64,000 nucleotides of DNA from the NCBI GenBank assembly GCA_030704615.1, contig CM060731.1:16306001-16370000 (forward strand), in the 5' to 3' direction. Positions 1 through 11,706 of this stretch are shown here, piece by piece. Every line of letters begins with the position of its first letter. Position 1 is the stretch's first letter. The notes beneath the pieces were generated by a model. It ran no database searches, had not been told where the DNA came from, and saw only the letters and a program-made list of their open reading frames with translations. A program made the translations under genes and the position numbers. Origin of the DNA: Takakia lepidozioides (Eukaryota > Plantae > Bryophyta).

Positions 1-244
1 ATGGACGGAAGATCGAAGGAAAGAGGATCAGAGCTGTCATCAGCTAGGACCGAGCATGAAGGCGCACCATATTCAGAAAAGTAGATGAACATGGGGATAG
101 AAAGGTGCTCAGGGCTCACCACTGGTGGAAAGAGAGAGCTAGGTCCATAGGGGCTAGAGAAACTAACGGAGAGGCCTCTGCCGCTGCTGGTATAACTTGC
201 AGATCTTCGTTGGAGTGGGATTTCTCGAGCTTTCGGGAGTACTT

Positions 245-2032
245 CTACGAAGACATCATTGCCTCGATCAGCTTCATCCCAGCCGCGTATGTGGCCACCA
301 TATAATGACGCCCTTTTTTGGTTCCCACATTTGGCAGAATGTTGTCTCCAGACAGCCAGGGGAGAACAGAGAGACATGTGTCATCCTTATTGACATATGT
401 TAGCCTCATGATAAGTAAAACTTGAACAAAGAAGAGATTGCTATTGGGGGAAGAATGATACAGGCGAGACCCGAAAAAGATAGAGGTATCAGAGGAGAGC
501 TGCAAGTATGGGAGGAAGGAAGAAAAAATGACCCTGACTTTGGAAAGAACTAACTCAAGTTCCTTTCCTAGGGTCAGAGAGAGAACATCTTGCTTGGTAA
601 TCCAAGCATTGGAGAATTTGTTGTCTCCAGTGAGAAGGATAGATGGGGAGCCTTCAGGAAAGCCAAAAATAATAGGGACAATATTAATAGCAACAGAGCG
701 AGCACCAACAAGGTGGACTGCATCATCAAGAGAAACATCCACAAAAGATCGTAGTTGAAGACAGAAGGAGGCAAGGCTTTGCGGGCCTTCCGGGGGAGAT
801 AGAGGGAAAACCGCGGGAATATCCTCCGTAGAAGTAGGAAGATTGGAAGAAGATGGAGAGAGAAGGAACACCCTGGGACTGATCAGGGAGAGTGGAAGAG
901 AGGAGGTATCACCGCGACTCCTTTTAGTAGGGGGAGGAAGCGGAGGAGAGACATCATTCCTTTTCCTGGAATTGTTTGGCTCCAGCATCTGCCAGGCCAC
1001 AGAAAGCAGAACATCCGGATTAGGCTCTACATAAATAGCATCTTGAGCAGCATTAGCATTACGTAAGACTGGACACTCAGATTTGACGTGCCCTTCTGCT
1101 TGACAGTGGTGACAAATAATAGCCAAGTTAACCTCCTTGACTAGAACATAAACAAATGAATTGTCCAAAGTTGGCAGCTTTAGCGAAGTGGCAATCGTTT
1201 TGGATTCCGGCATCATCACCACCAACTGTGGAACACCTCCATCCCTCACATATTCCAGAGCATTGATGTTGTTGTCCACACTCTGAACGTTCAATTCGAT
1301 CTGTTCAAAGACATTCATGGATCCGATGAATGCCCCAAAGTGGGCCCCGATTTCAGGTAGAGATCGCAAGTAGTTCCCAGGAAGGAAAGGGAGAGCCAGA
1401 ACTCTAGGCTTACAGGCCACACCACCCTTATGACCCCAATCAACTGACCATGGGAACACATGAACCCTGCATTTAGAACGCCTCACATTGAAGGAGAGGG
1501 CTCTAGCAGCAAATTCCTGAGAGCTAAACATGATAGAATAGAAGCCCCTCCCTAGAGCAAGACAAAAATGAGATGTGAGGCCTCCATCGGCACCAAAATG
1601 CTCAAAGAGCCCACTTTCTAGCTGCAAAAGCTCTATCTCTAATTCTGCCTGGAAAATAAATGAGAACCCCCCGCTCCGAGAGGAGCTGCGACTGGTCTTC
1701 AAAGATCGTCAAATGATCGTGTCCATATTGAGGTTTAGGATCGGCTGGTCATCATCAACAGGCCCAGCTTCCTCACTCCAGACAATGATCGGTCTGTTTG
1801 GAGAAGAAGGCTTCCGAGGTCCAGAGCCCAAGACTCCTGCCCCAGAGTTATTTGGGAGATTCCCGGGGACCCAGTTCCGAGATCGGGACTGCCGCCGCGC
1901 AACATTCTTGATACGGGCAGGTGGGGGAGCAGAGGGAGTTGTATGTACCGACAATATGTTGGTAATAGCGAGGGAGAGAGAGAAGAAGCGTCTGTATAGT
2001 CCGATGCAACTTTCCCAGAGACTGGAGAGCAA
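245..2032 (-). mobile_element. Degenerate LINE ORF1-like (gag-like) coding region with CCHC zinc knuckle, copy A
   Basis: ORFs 1709..2032 and 245..1702 are consecutive; DUF4283-like segment (LGRGFYSIMFSS...VHVFPWS) and CHHCQAEGHVKSECP knuckle; clearly homologous to 57621-59571; the element runs off the window start. Confidence 0.7.
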
Positions 2033-2619
2033 GGAGGAGAATGAAGAAGTGGGGCACCCAAGAGAAGTAGATAAAGGGAGAGAGCAGAGGGGGGATTCTT
2101 TGGATCCCTTCCGCAGGATCGAGGAGCAATGGCGACTGTTGACAGCGCTGAATGGGGAAGACAGAAGCTTTTTCAGAGTGGATTAAACATTGCAGCATGT
2201 GGGAAGTAACTCGTTGGCATTTAGGCCTTCATTTGTCACTGTGAAAGCGCGATGCCAACGCCACCTTGTTTGAAGATATTAATGGAGAGAGGAAACCATC
2301 ATAGGATTGATGGCGGAGAACTCAAACCAAGAAAGGGAGGGCAAGCGGCAGGGGATGGAAAATGGAGAGGAGAGAGACGAATGCCAGGAGGATGAAGGCA
2401 ATAGAAACAAGAACGGAGAAGACGATCAACGATCGGGGAAGAGAATAGAGAAGAGAGAGACGAATGCCACAGTAACGTGGGCGAGGCTAGAGAAGAAGGT
2501 GATCAACATTCGTATGGGAAGCCTTTGTTACTGAAAGTTTCTTCCCCAATGAACTCTCTCCCTCTCTCTGCCAGAAGGCTTATAGGTACGGCAAACAAAC
2601 TCTGAAGAGTACATGAATG

Positions 2620-3731
2620 CTCTCTCTCTTTGAGCAGTTGGTTGCTCAAGGCCTCGACCATCTTCAGGAGTCCATTTCCGAGTGCGTGCACTGTCATTCC
2701 TTCTCCGGCATGCTCTCAAGTGCTTCTTCTGAGTTGCATCGAGCCCGACTTCTATCATGCGCAGGACCCGGAGCAGGGGCATGGTTGGCAGCACAACCCA
2801 CTATCGCACATTTTCGCCTCTCATCCCATTTTCACTACTGCGCTCCGCCTTCGACTCGGTTTGCCTCATCCTTCGGCATTGGGCCTTCAGCGTTGCGTCT
2901 GTCTTCAACCCATCGATGACCTTGCCATCCATCTCCTCCACTGTCCATGTGGTGGTGAGCGCACTGCGTCTCATGATATGGTTCGCGATGCGGTGACATT
3001 TATTGCTCGGGAGGCAGGGTATCATGTACTGCGTGAGCAACCACATGTACGACCCACGCTCACGTCCCACTCTACACGCCGCCGTGTTGACATCGTCCTA
3101 TCTAGAGATGGTTTGCATACCCTAGCAGATGTCGTTCTCGCCGACCCCACTCGAGCGGATTTGCTATCTCGCGCAGCTACCACACCAGGCACGACGGCCA
3201 CTGTAGTAGCTCAGGCTAAGGAGCGCGACTACAGCGATCGTCACCCCACCGACACATTTCTTCCACTGGCGGTCGAGATATTTGGCTCATTGCACCGACA
3301 CTTTGACGATTTCCTGCGGACATGTGCACATCATGCAGCCAAGAGCGGGTCCACTGGCATCCCACATGCCTCCGTCCTTGTCGCCTACTATCGACAACGT
3401 GTTTCAGTTGTTTTGCAGAGAGCACAAGCCATATCTATTTTGCATCGGGCTGATGTGGCTAGCTCCGCGTCATCTCATCTTCCGCCTCTGCCTAACACTT
3501 TGCCTATTTCCTTGCCTGATCTCCTCCAGGCTGTTGGTTGGGAGGGTCGCTCTGCTTGAGTAGCTTACTATAGCTTTTGTTTTCTTCTCTAGCTGAGTAG
3601 CTTACTATAGCTTTTTGTTTTCTTCTCTTGTTTTTTGTTCCTCCCCCCCCCCCCTTTTTGGGAACTTCTCATCATATGCACGTTTACCCATTGTACATGT
3701 TGTAAATAAAGTCTTACAGGGTTTCATCATC
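2620..3731 (+). mobile_element. 5'-truncated non-LTR retrotransposon with restriction-like endonuclease (CRE-like clade), C-terminal part
   Basis: HRARLLSCAGPGAGAWL, frameshift near 2825, then ALRLRLGLP, C-x-C-x9-H-x3-C knuckle, HD.VRD, RVDIV...DVVLADP...AKERDY, PLAVEIFG, LQRAQA; 3' UTR has AATAAA (3705) and ends CATCATC. Confidence 0.8.
3557..3629 (+). repeat. Tandem duplication (~35 bp x2) in the 3' UTR of the RLE element
   Basis: TGAGTAGCTTACTATAGCTTTT(T)GTTTTCTTCTCT occurs twice back to back. Confidence 0.85.
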
Positions 3732-3782
3732 TCTGTCTCTCTCTCTTCAGTCCCTTGTTGTTGTAACCGGGATGCACCTATA

Positions 3783-4834
3783 AGGTAGAGGAACCTTAAA
3801 TGGACAGTTTAGTTAGTTCACATGGATAGAATGATTAAAAAGAATGAGAACAATTTTCGTGGATTAGCAAATAAAAAGAAATAAGATGCAATTTGTTTCA
3901 TGAATTATAGTTAAGATATGAAATTGATATGATTTTTTAAAGTCTGATACTAGTAGACACCTAATACTGACACATAGGCCCCCCCAAAAGTGCACAACAA
4001 TTTTTCCTAACTAGGGTCAGGTTAGGGAGAAATTCCACGCACCCCCACTTGCGCAGGGTGGCGCGTCTCCCAACACCCTCCACCCTAAAGCGCCCCCCAT
4101 TGGCAGGCAAAGGCAAAGGCACCCCCACCAAAACCCACATACCTTAGGGCTACCGGCCAAAAAGTATAGGCAAATATAGGTGCAGATGGAGAAGTCATGG
4201 GCAGGGGAAAAGATCATATGAAGGGAAGCTCTGATTGGCGCGAAAGTTTTTTGTGCTTACACAAACCTGCCCACTACAGTATCACCGGAGCGATTGACAA
4301 TTCAACGGTTCAGATCTTTTCACCGAATTTTCTAATAGGGTTTTGTGCTTGCCCCTTTGAAATTGGGAAATTTGACCCCCCAAATTGGCCATACAAAGCA
4401 GCCCACATGAGAACATGTCAGAAAAAGCTGAAAATTTTAGGGCAGGTGTCTTACCTGGCAGGGTACAAGATTCTGGTTTGTGTCATGTCAAAAAATTTCA
4501 CAGCTGGGAAATTCGATAAGAAAAGCTGTGTTATTTACCCCATTGTAAATAGGAAATCTGTTTTGGGCCGAACTTTCAACATTATAATCTTGCAATCGGG
4601 CGGTTCGATTTGGACCAGACTTTTTGTGGTCATAGCTGGGGTACGGTCAGTTTTACAGGGCCTGAGGAAATCTCAAGATATAAATTATTTAGTGGGGAAG
4701 GGTCAATTTTTGGGGGTGGACCCAAAAATTGGGGTTAGTCCTTTAGGGTTTAATGTCACTTCAAGATCAATGACTTTTTCATACAAGAATAGGTGTCCAT
4801 TTTAGGTCACTGTCCATTTAAGGTTCCTCTACCT
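3783..4834. mobile_element. Non-autonomous TIR element (MITE) with TA target duplication
   Basis: AGGTAGAGGAACCTTAAATGGACAGT at 3783 and its exact reverse complement ending at 4834; TA on both flanks; no transposase motif inside. Confidence 0.85.
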
Positions 4835-7048
4835 TATGCACAAATAGTGGTTCAAATGTTCAGCTAAACGAAAAGCTTTGGGTCTCATTCAATTTATCCA
4901 CTGCAGAGGGATCAATACTGAAGTTGAAAAAGACCATGCTTTGCAACGTTATGATCAATGCCTACTTGGAGTACACATCCGAGGGCAACTCCAACCATGC
5001 CAAATCCATTTGAACAGCTTTTGGTGCTCAAAGAGACCTTGTAACTCAGCGTGCTCTAGGACTGCTAACGTGGCTGTTCGGGGTTTGGCGTGCTCTCGAC
5101 GTAACAATAGATTTTAAGGTCGGACGTTGAATTGCATGCAGAAGCACTGGAGCCAAAACCGCACCATGTGTACTGCAAGCTGCAATCAATCCTCCATGAG
5201 AAACATTACACACCTCATATTTACCTCCCTATTCAAGTTGCTGGAATTGGGGATATAGACAGTTTGTGTGTGTCTCATCACAAGTGCAACAACTTCACAA
5301 TACAACCATGTGAGAGAGGGAGGATCAGAGAAAAACCAACTCAGCCAACAACCACCCTTTCAATTCAGCTTTTAGGGAGAAGTTTACCGTCAGGACAAGC
5401 AAAGAGAGTCAACAAGGAACATCGTTTCCACCAAGGAGAAGTAGGCCACTGAAAATTGGCAAAAACTCAGTACCAAGATTTGTATAATAGTATCCCATGA
5501 ATTTGAGTGTAATTTTGTGTGATCTATACCCACTCTTGGGAGCTAATGAAGCTGGTGGGGTAGTTGCAGCGGCTTGTACATGAAGTTGATGGTCCAGGAC
5601 TTTGTGATTGACAGCACAATGGCACTCTCTATGGTGTGCTAGTTAGGTCTTGACTGGTCTTAACTTGGACAAGGAACATCTGGTCGGTCACATTTTCATA
5701 TTTGTATGGAGTTGTTCCTCTATGATTGCATCGATGATTAATCATGGTCTGTTTGGCTGACAGCTTTAGTACAGAAAGGTTCAGTGGTCTATATGCCAAA
5801 GTTGTGTTGATAGATTGTTGATTCCAGCAGCCTTCGTCCTCAATGGTCCAAGGTCTTGATGGCTCTGAATCTACCTCAGGTGCTCGGGTTGTACTACCAC
5901 CCAAACAAGTGTGACATGAGTCACATGAGTTTATGTGTGTGGGTACTTTGCAGACATCAAAGAGATCAAGGCCATGGACAAGAGGGAAGTCGGAAGGGCG
6001 GAGCACAACTGCTTGTGTGAAAGATTGCTCTGTTGAAGCATTTCATTATCTTAACCTGGACACAGGGCATTTCAAGCCTTATTCCAACCAGTATGCGTAC
6101 CCTCTTGGATATTGCAAGCCCCAGCCTCCAGGAGAGTAGACAAAGTTGGGTTCATACATTCTCTCCTCACATGACAGCTAATTTTGCTGTTGTGCAATTG
6201 AAGGTGGTATTTCCAGTTATGTGGCCTTTGTTACTAACTGGAAGTGGATAGGTAGAGAATCACTTGGGAAGTGCAATTCTTTCTTTAGAAACTAACAGAG
6301 CTGGCAAGTGCAAAGGACATTTGTGTGTCCTCACATATGAAAGTGAAATGTAAACCAGGTCAAGTGATATAAAAAGTGTTTTACTTTTTTAGCTCGTTGA
6401 TGTCACGAGGCATGACTCACTGTTTGTTGATGAGAGCAAGCATTGGCAACCTCATGGAATTCACCTGTGAGCAACAACTAGCAAGCTAGGCTCCAAAGGT
6501 GAAGCTCAGAAATGTGAGGACTCTTTGTCCATTACAAACCCTGAAGGCCCCAGTATATTCCACTGAACCACAATGTAAAAATGTTGTGAAGTAAACCTCA
6601 ACTTCTACAAGACTCTGGGAGTTTTGTCCGCCCTCCCTGAGCCATGAATAATGAGCAATTGTCTTGCTTGTGTTATACCAGCACGAGGCCTGTGCTCCGC
6701 ACAGCTATGAATATAGAGGGACAAAAAAGAATGTCATGCTCTACCAGAGTCTATGAAACTGGTATGACTGATTTTATGTACATTTCTTAACATGGACCAA
6801 TAACATGGGGCCTGATTCAGTTGACAAATAAACTCCTGTTCCATACAGCTCCACCAGACAAAAATAGAAGTGTGACATTATGCTCTACAGAGGGCCAGAG
6901 CATGGGAGGGTAAAAGTGTCTTACATAGCTAGTTCCATGTACTTGAATATGAAGCCCAGCTCCAATGTCAACTTTGTGTCAGAAACGAATCTTTCGAATT
7001 CGGCATTTGTTCGCAGGACCAATGCAGGATTGAATTGTCAACAAACCC

Positions 7049-8017
7049 TTACAACCTAGAGCCAGATGCAAGGCTTTGCTTCTGAAAGAAGCTGATGATC
7101 AACTGGTTAATCTCAGCAGCCTGTTCTTGTTGTATGAAGTGGCCACCTTTCAGAAACACAGTTTCCTTCAAGTTGGGTACCAAAGCCTTGAAGGTGCTGC
7201 CTAGGTGTGCCTTGATCCCTGGAAAGCTCAGCACAACATCCTTATCTCCAGTCACAAACAAGGCTGGCGTTTCTACACCTGTGTTTGTCCAGGGGGCCTT
7301 AAGCTCCCATGTCCTGTCCATGGCACGATAATAATTCAGAGAGCCAGTGAAACCCGACTTCTCGAAATTCTGGGTGTAGTACTTGAGATCTGCCTCCGTC
7401 AACCATGAGGGCAGTTGCTTGGGTATGGGTATCACATCCATCAACTCCTTCGTCTTTGGTGCAATCATAGTGGTTTTGCTGGGAACTAGAAACTTTGCAA
7501 GGGTGGTTAACACTCCCGTTCGGCCAAAGTCTCGCTCTGCTCTTCCCGGTGTCTGGAACCTGCACATGTAGAATCCTTCCCCAAGGGTGGCATTGTAGGT
7601 CTTGACAGCACTGCCTTTGGATGATCGAGCAAAGAAGGGGACACTGAGGGCGATTACTGCCTTCACTCGGTCCGGTCGCAGTAGGCACAAATCCCAGGCT
7701 GTAATTGCACCACAGTCATGGCCCACCACAAACACTTGCTTCTCTCCAAGTGCATCCAGTAGACAAATCAAGTCACCCACAAGGTGAAATGCAGTATAAA
7801 GCTCAGCACTGCGAGGAGCTTCTGTTTGGCCACACCCCCTCATATCCGGTGCAACCACATGGAATCCTGCCGCAGCAAGCACGGGTATTTGAAAGCGCCA
7901 CGAATACCATATCTCAGGAAATCCGTGGAGCAGAAGCACGAGGGGTCCTGTGCCTTGCTCAGCAATGTGCATGTTGACTCCGTTTGTCTTGATGGTTCTG
8001 TGTGTGATGGCAGCCAT
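7049..8017 (-). CDS. Soluble epoxide hydrolase (alpha/beta hydrolase), single exon, C-terminal PTS1 (SRL)
   Basis: 322-aa ATG-to-stop ORF with HGFPE oxyanion motif, GHDCGA nucleophile elbow, lid tyrosines (FYMCRF, LNYYRA), GDKD acid and GGHFIQQE histidine. Confidence 0.93.
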   Translation of the reverse strand: MAAITHRTIKTNGVNMHIAEQGTGPLVLLLHGFPEIWYSWRFQIPVLAAAGFHVVAPDMRGCGQTEAPRSAELYTAFHLVGDLICLLDALGEKQVFVVGHDCGAITAWDLCLLRPDRVKAVIALSVPFFARSSKGSAVKTYNATLGEGFYMCRFQTPGRAERDFGRTGVLTTLAKFLVPSKTTMIAPKTKELMDVIPIPKQLPSWLTEADLKYYTQNFEKSGFTGSLNYYRAMDRTWELKAPWTNTGVETPALFVTGDKDVVLSFPGIKAHLGSTFKALVPNLKETVFLKGGHFIQQEQAAEINQLIISFFQKQSLASGSRL

Positions 8018-10450
8018 GCTTCCTTGTCGTGCTTATCAAAACGTTTCTTGCCGCAAATCCGTCTAGACGGTCAACAGGATACCTCTTTCTCAAAGAACCC
8101 ACCCATGAAAAGGATCGTAGCCCTGTTGGAGGGAAGCGAGCTGTTGAAAAGTGTGCTATGTACATCGCTTACCGAACTTACTTTTCCTCTAACACGTCCT
8201 GCACCAAGTGTTCAATCCCTGAACAAATCAGACAGTCCCGCATGCGAGTAACACAGACCATGTCCCCAGGTTTCTGTCGCAAACGTACTTACAGTCATTT
8301 CCTCAATTGGAAGACCCCAGCATCCAATGGCTTCAACAACTCCTTTGCGGAACCCATTTTCAGGAGGAAGAAAGTTTCCAAAACGACAAACGACAAGATT
8401 CCTATGTTTAGGTCGACAAGGAGAATCATGATGTTTCAGCTTGATCTTCAACCACCCTCTTTTTCTCTCGCCAAATGGCAGATCTATGATTCGACAACGA
8501 AAAACAAATAGAGAGAAAAGCCACGGAGGTCGACTCTAACCAAGCAGACATTCTGTAGAGAAACTAAGTGTTGTTCTTATCCTGAATGCTATTCTGGGCA
8601 TAGTTGGCCGTGCAACACAGACTCGTGTAATGAGGAGCATCTCTGGCGTTTTGCAATGTTGACATGGCTGCTGGCGTCTAATCTTCTGCTGCCATTGTTG
8701 TTTCTAACCATGTACACCCACCTGGAAGGACGATATTGCCGGCGCACTGGTAGGACCACTCCCGTGAGCGTAGTTGGCAAGTAGTCAAGTGCTAGTAGAA
8801 CTGGTCAGCGCTGCTTCCCAAACAGTAAGAGGAACTGTAGCACTCGTCCCGATTACAAGTACTGATAATACGTCTGAAATTGGTTTTTCCCCATCATTTT
8901 GCCCATTCCGCCAGCCCTCACTACTGTACAAACAAGCCCAGAAACAGCTGGGACCGAAGATTTTAGTGCGAGAGTGATCTGGACTGAGAGTACGAGAGTA
9001 ATGCAGAGCGTGCTTGTTGTACACCGCTTGCATCTTGCTGCAGACTGCTGTGATGCTGTGGGGAAGTTGTGTTTGTAAACATCATGGATCAAATATCGTT
9101 CAGTGCTCGCCAATTCCATGCGGCGACAGCTCCTCCCGAAGTCTCTATGCTTGATGCAGGTCGCTTTCTCTCTCAGTTGTTAGACACTATGACCGACATA
9201 TATATATATATGGCCAGATTGGGGGCGTTCTCTGGCACAATGTTGATACCGGCTTGTCAATCTGTCCTAAAAATTATACCTTGTAACCGAATTTGTCTTT
9301 CCGTGGCCGAGTCCCATAGACTCTGGTGAGCTGAATGCTCTGGGAGGGCTTAGCTAATCGGCAGGGACATTTCAAATTTAAAAATTTGCAATAGCAACAT
9401 TGCGGCTGACGGCCAGTCATGGGTACTACCCTCTTCTATCCTTCTGTGGCACAGCAAGATGATTGAAATTGTACTCCTCATCTGTTAGTTCCCCTTCTTG
9501 TAATGCAGATTGTTTGTACTCGTCTCGAGTCCCTCCCTTTCCTCGAAGTCTCGTCTGGTTAAATCTTCAGCTTGTTCTTGGCTTGAATTCTACTTTATTA
9601 ACCGACGCCACTGGAGCTCCAGGAGCTACACATGTGATAGATATCTTCTGAACTCTTCGCATGCGCGTTGCGACTTCCTCGTGGAAGCGGTACCTGGGTG
9701 TACTTGAATTGCTTTGACTTGAATTTTAATCCGGGTACTATCATACGATTCCCTTCGTTCTTCGTTTGTGAGTTTCATATGGGAATCTGCACGTCCTCGA
9801 CCGGCCCATGGCAGCTGCTTCTGTTCTCTCCACGTCTTCTCTTTCCTAAATTCCTACCCTTACTCTCTTTCGCTATCCAAAGATTTCATCCTGTCCAGAG
9901 AGAGATGACCCAACAGTACACTTACAGACGTTCCGAACACTCCATTTTCTCCAGTAAAGTAGAACCCACTGTTCCCTGAGAAACTGAAACTGTTCGTACC
10001 ACATAGCTGACATTTTGGAGAACGGGTCGAAACTTGAATACGAGGGCTGGCAAGTTGTGAACTCCTCTAGAAGGGTATACTTCGTCATTCGGGGACGCCA
10101 TGATCAAGCACCTCACTTTTTCTGTACATATCGGTTTTGCACACAGGTAGTATGAAGGATTTAGGATTAAATGAATTGTATGCAGCTTCAGATGTTCATC
10201 TGATAGAGATGAACAACCTTTGATATCAATAATCGAGGTTTGTGTATGAGAGTTAATATAGCAAAGCCTTGTACTGGTGCAGTGCTAGGCTAGTTCGGTA
10301 AGCAGCGCATTTAATCTAACAACATCCAAAGCAACTCTTTGAAGGGATGCATAGACCTTGAGACGGGGGGCACCTTTTCAAATAGGAAGATTAAGCCATA
10401 GCTGAACACAGTTGACTTCAAAGTACAAAATTGCTGATGGCTGGATAGTC

Positions 10451-10922
10451 ATGAAGGGGGGGTGCAGGGGAGGGAATTCGCCTATGGGTATTGGGGGTGT
10501 TGGTAACACTGAAGGCCCTTGGAAATGAGACAAGTGGGTTTTTTGCTTTACATGAAGATTTGGTGTTCCCGGGAATGGGGACCCCGGCCCACTTGCACAC
10601 ACAGGAAGACGAGACCTGGTACATGATGGAGGGAGAGATCTTGTGGAAGGTGGGAGGCAAAGAATTCCATGCGAAGAAGGGCTCCTTCATACATCTGCCA
10701 CGCTTTGTCCCCCATGCTTTTGAGAACAAGTTTGACGAGCCTGCCCGCATGATCGTGACTTACTCTCCCGCGGGATTCGAGAGATGGTTTTGGCAAGTTG
10801 GGAAGCCTGTTAACAATCTGGAAGGTGGGCCTCCGCCACCTGTGATCAAAGAAGAAGCTGAGTGGGCACGGCAATTAGCAAGGGAGGCTGGACTGATCTT
10901 TATGGGAGACCAGGCTCTGTAA
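10451..10922 (+). CDS. Cupin-domain protein (quercetin 2,3-dioxygenase-like); start uncertain because of an apparent frameshift in a G7 run
   Basis: GEGIRLWVLGVLVTLKALGNETSG...PAHLHTQEDETWYMMEGEI...GSFIHLPRFVPHAFEN...YSPAGFE gives cupin motifs 1 (H-x-H-x4-E) and 2 (P-x3-H); ATG 10451 is out of frame by one base at 10456-10462. Confidence 0.75.
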
Positions 10923-11706
10923 CTTGATTGTCCGGCCCCCTTGCTTGACTGACTCCATTCACAAAGATCTCTCTCCTCTCTCTCTCCAGCTCGTGTTGGG
11001 TTTAGAAGGGAATGGATCATCTTCCCCACTGCACAGTCAACACCCTGAAGCATGTCGTGGAAGAGAGTTGTGGGTGTTGCCCCATGAAAGACAAAGGATG
11101 TGAGTGGATAGAATTGTAGGGAATACACGCCAATGTACACTATCCACTCTCACTTTATTTCTTACTTTTTACTCTCATAGATTTTCTTTTTTTATTTCTT
11201 ACTAGACTTTGTGGATGTTAGTGCGGTAGCTGAGTCCTTTTTACTTTCTGAGATTTTGAATCTGAATATTTAATGAATAGCAAATTTTCACCATCCAATG
11301 ATAGGGAAGGATGGATGGCATTCTTACTGAATTTTATAAAGCCATATGCATAACTATCTTGGGCCCCGCCGCACCGCCTGCTATCGCCTGCTACACTCTT
11401 ACTAACTACTACTGCTACATAGAAAATTGCGGCCGCACTGACATGTTTAAAATGTTTTAGCCATAACTATAGTTAACTATCCTAAAAACTTCCTTCTTAC
11501 TTTAGAGCAAATTTAGCACTCCCCCCCCCCTAGTGCTAAATCTAAACAGGCGCGCCGTTTTTGGGCAGCTGCCCGCGCCATTCTCTGCCATCGCCATTCC
11601 CATTCGCCATTTGCTTCTCATTCGCTCTTCCCTTCTCCTTCGCGCTCTCTTTTGGTTTTAGTTTCTCTTGCTCGAGTGCTCCTGTTCCCCTCTCCTGCAT
11701 TGCATC

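Noticed and set aside
1575-2186. 203-aa plus-strand ORF
   Set aside because: Antisense shadow of the ORF1-like element
4197-4805. 202-aa ORF inside the TA-flanked MITE
   Set aside because: No transposase or other recognisable motif; probably a chance ORF in non-coding TE interior
4850-6900. Several 60-125 aa ORFs, some Cys/His-rich
   Set aside because: No coherent domain or splice pattern that I can support
8589-9119. Possible bulb-type lectin remnant (TVWEA...GNIVL)
   Set aside because: Only two short motif hints in different frames; insufficient
9420-10120. Purine-rich minus-strand stretch that looks like decayed coding sequence
   Set aside because: No identifiable motif; cannot be assigned
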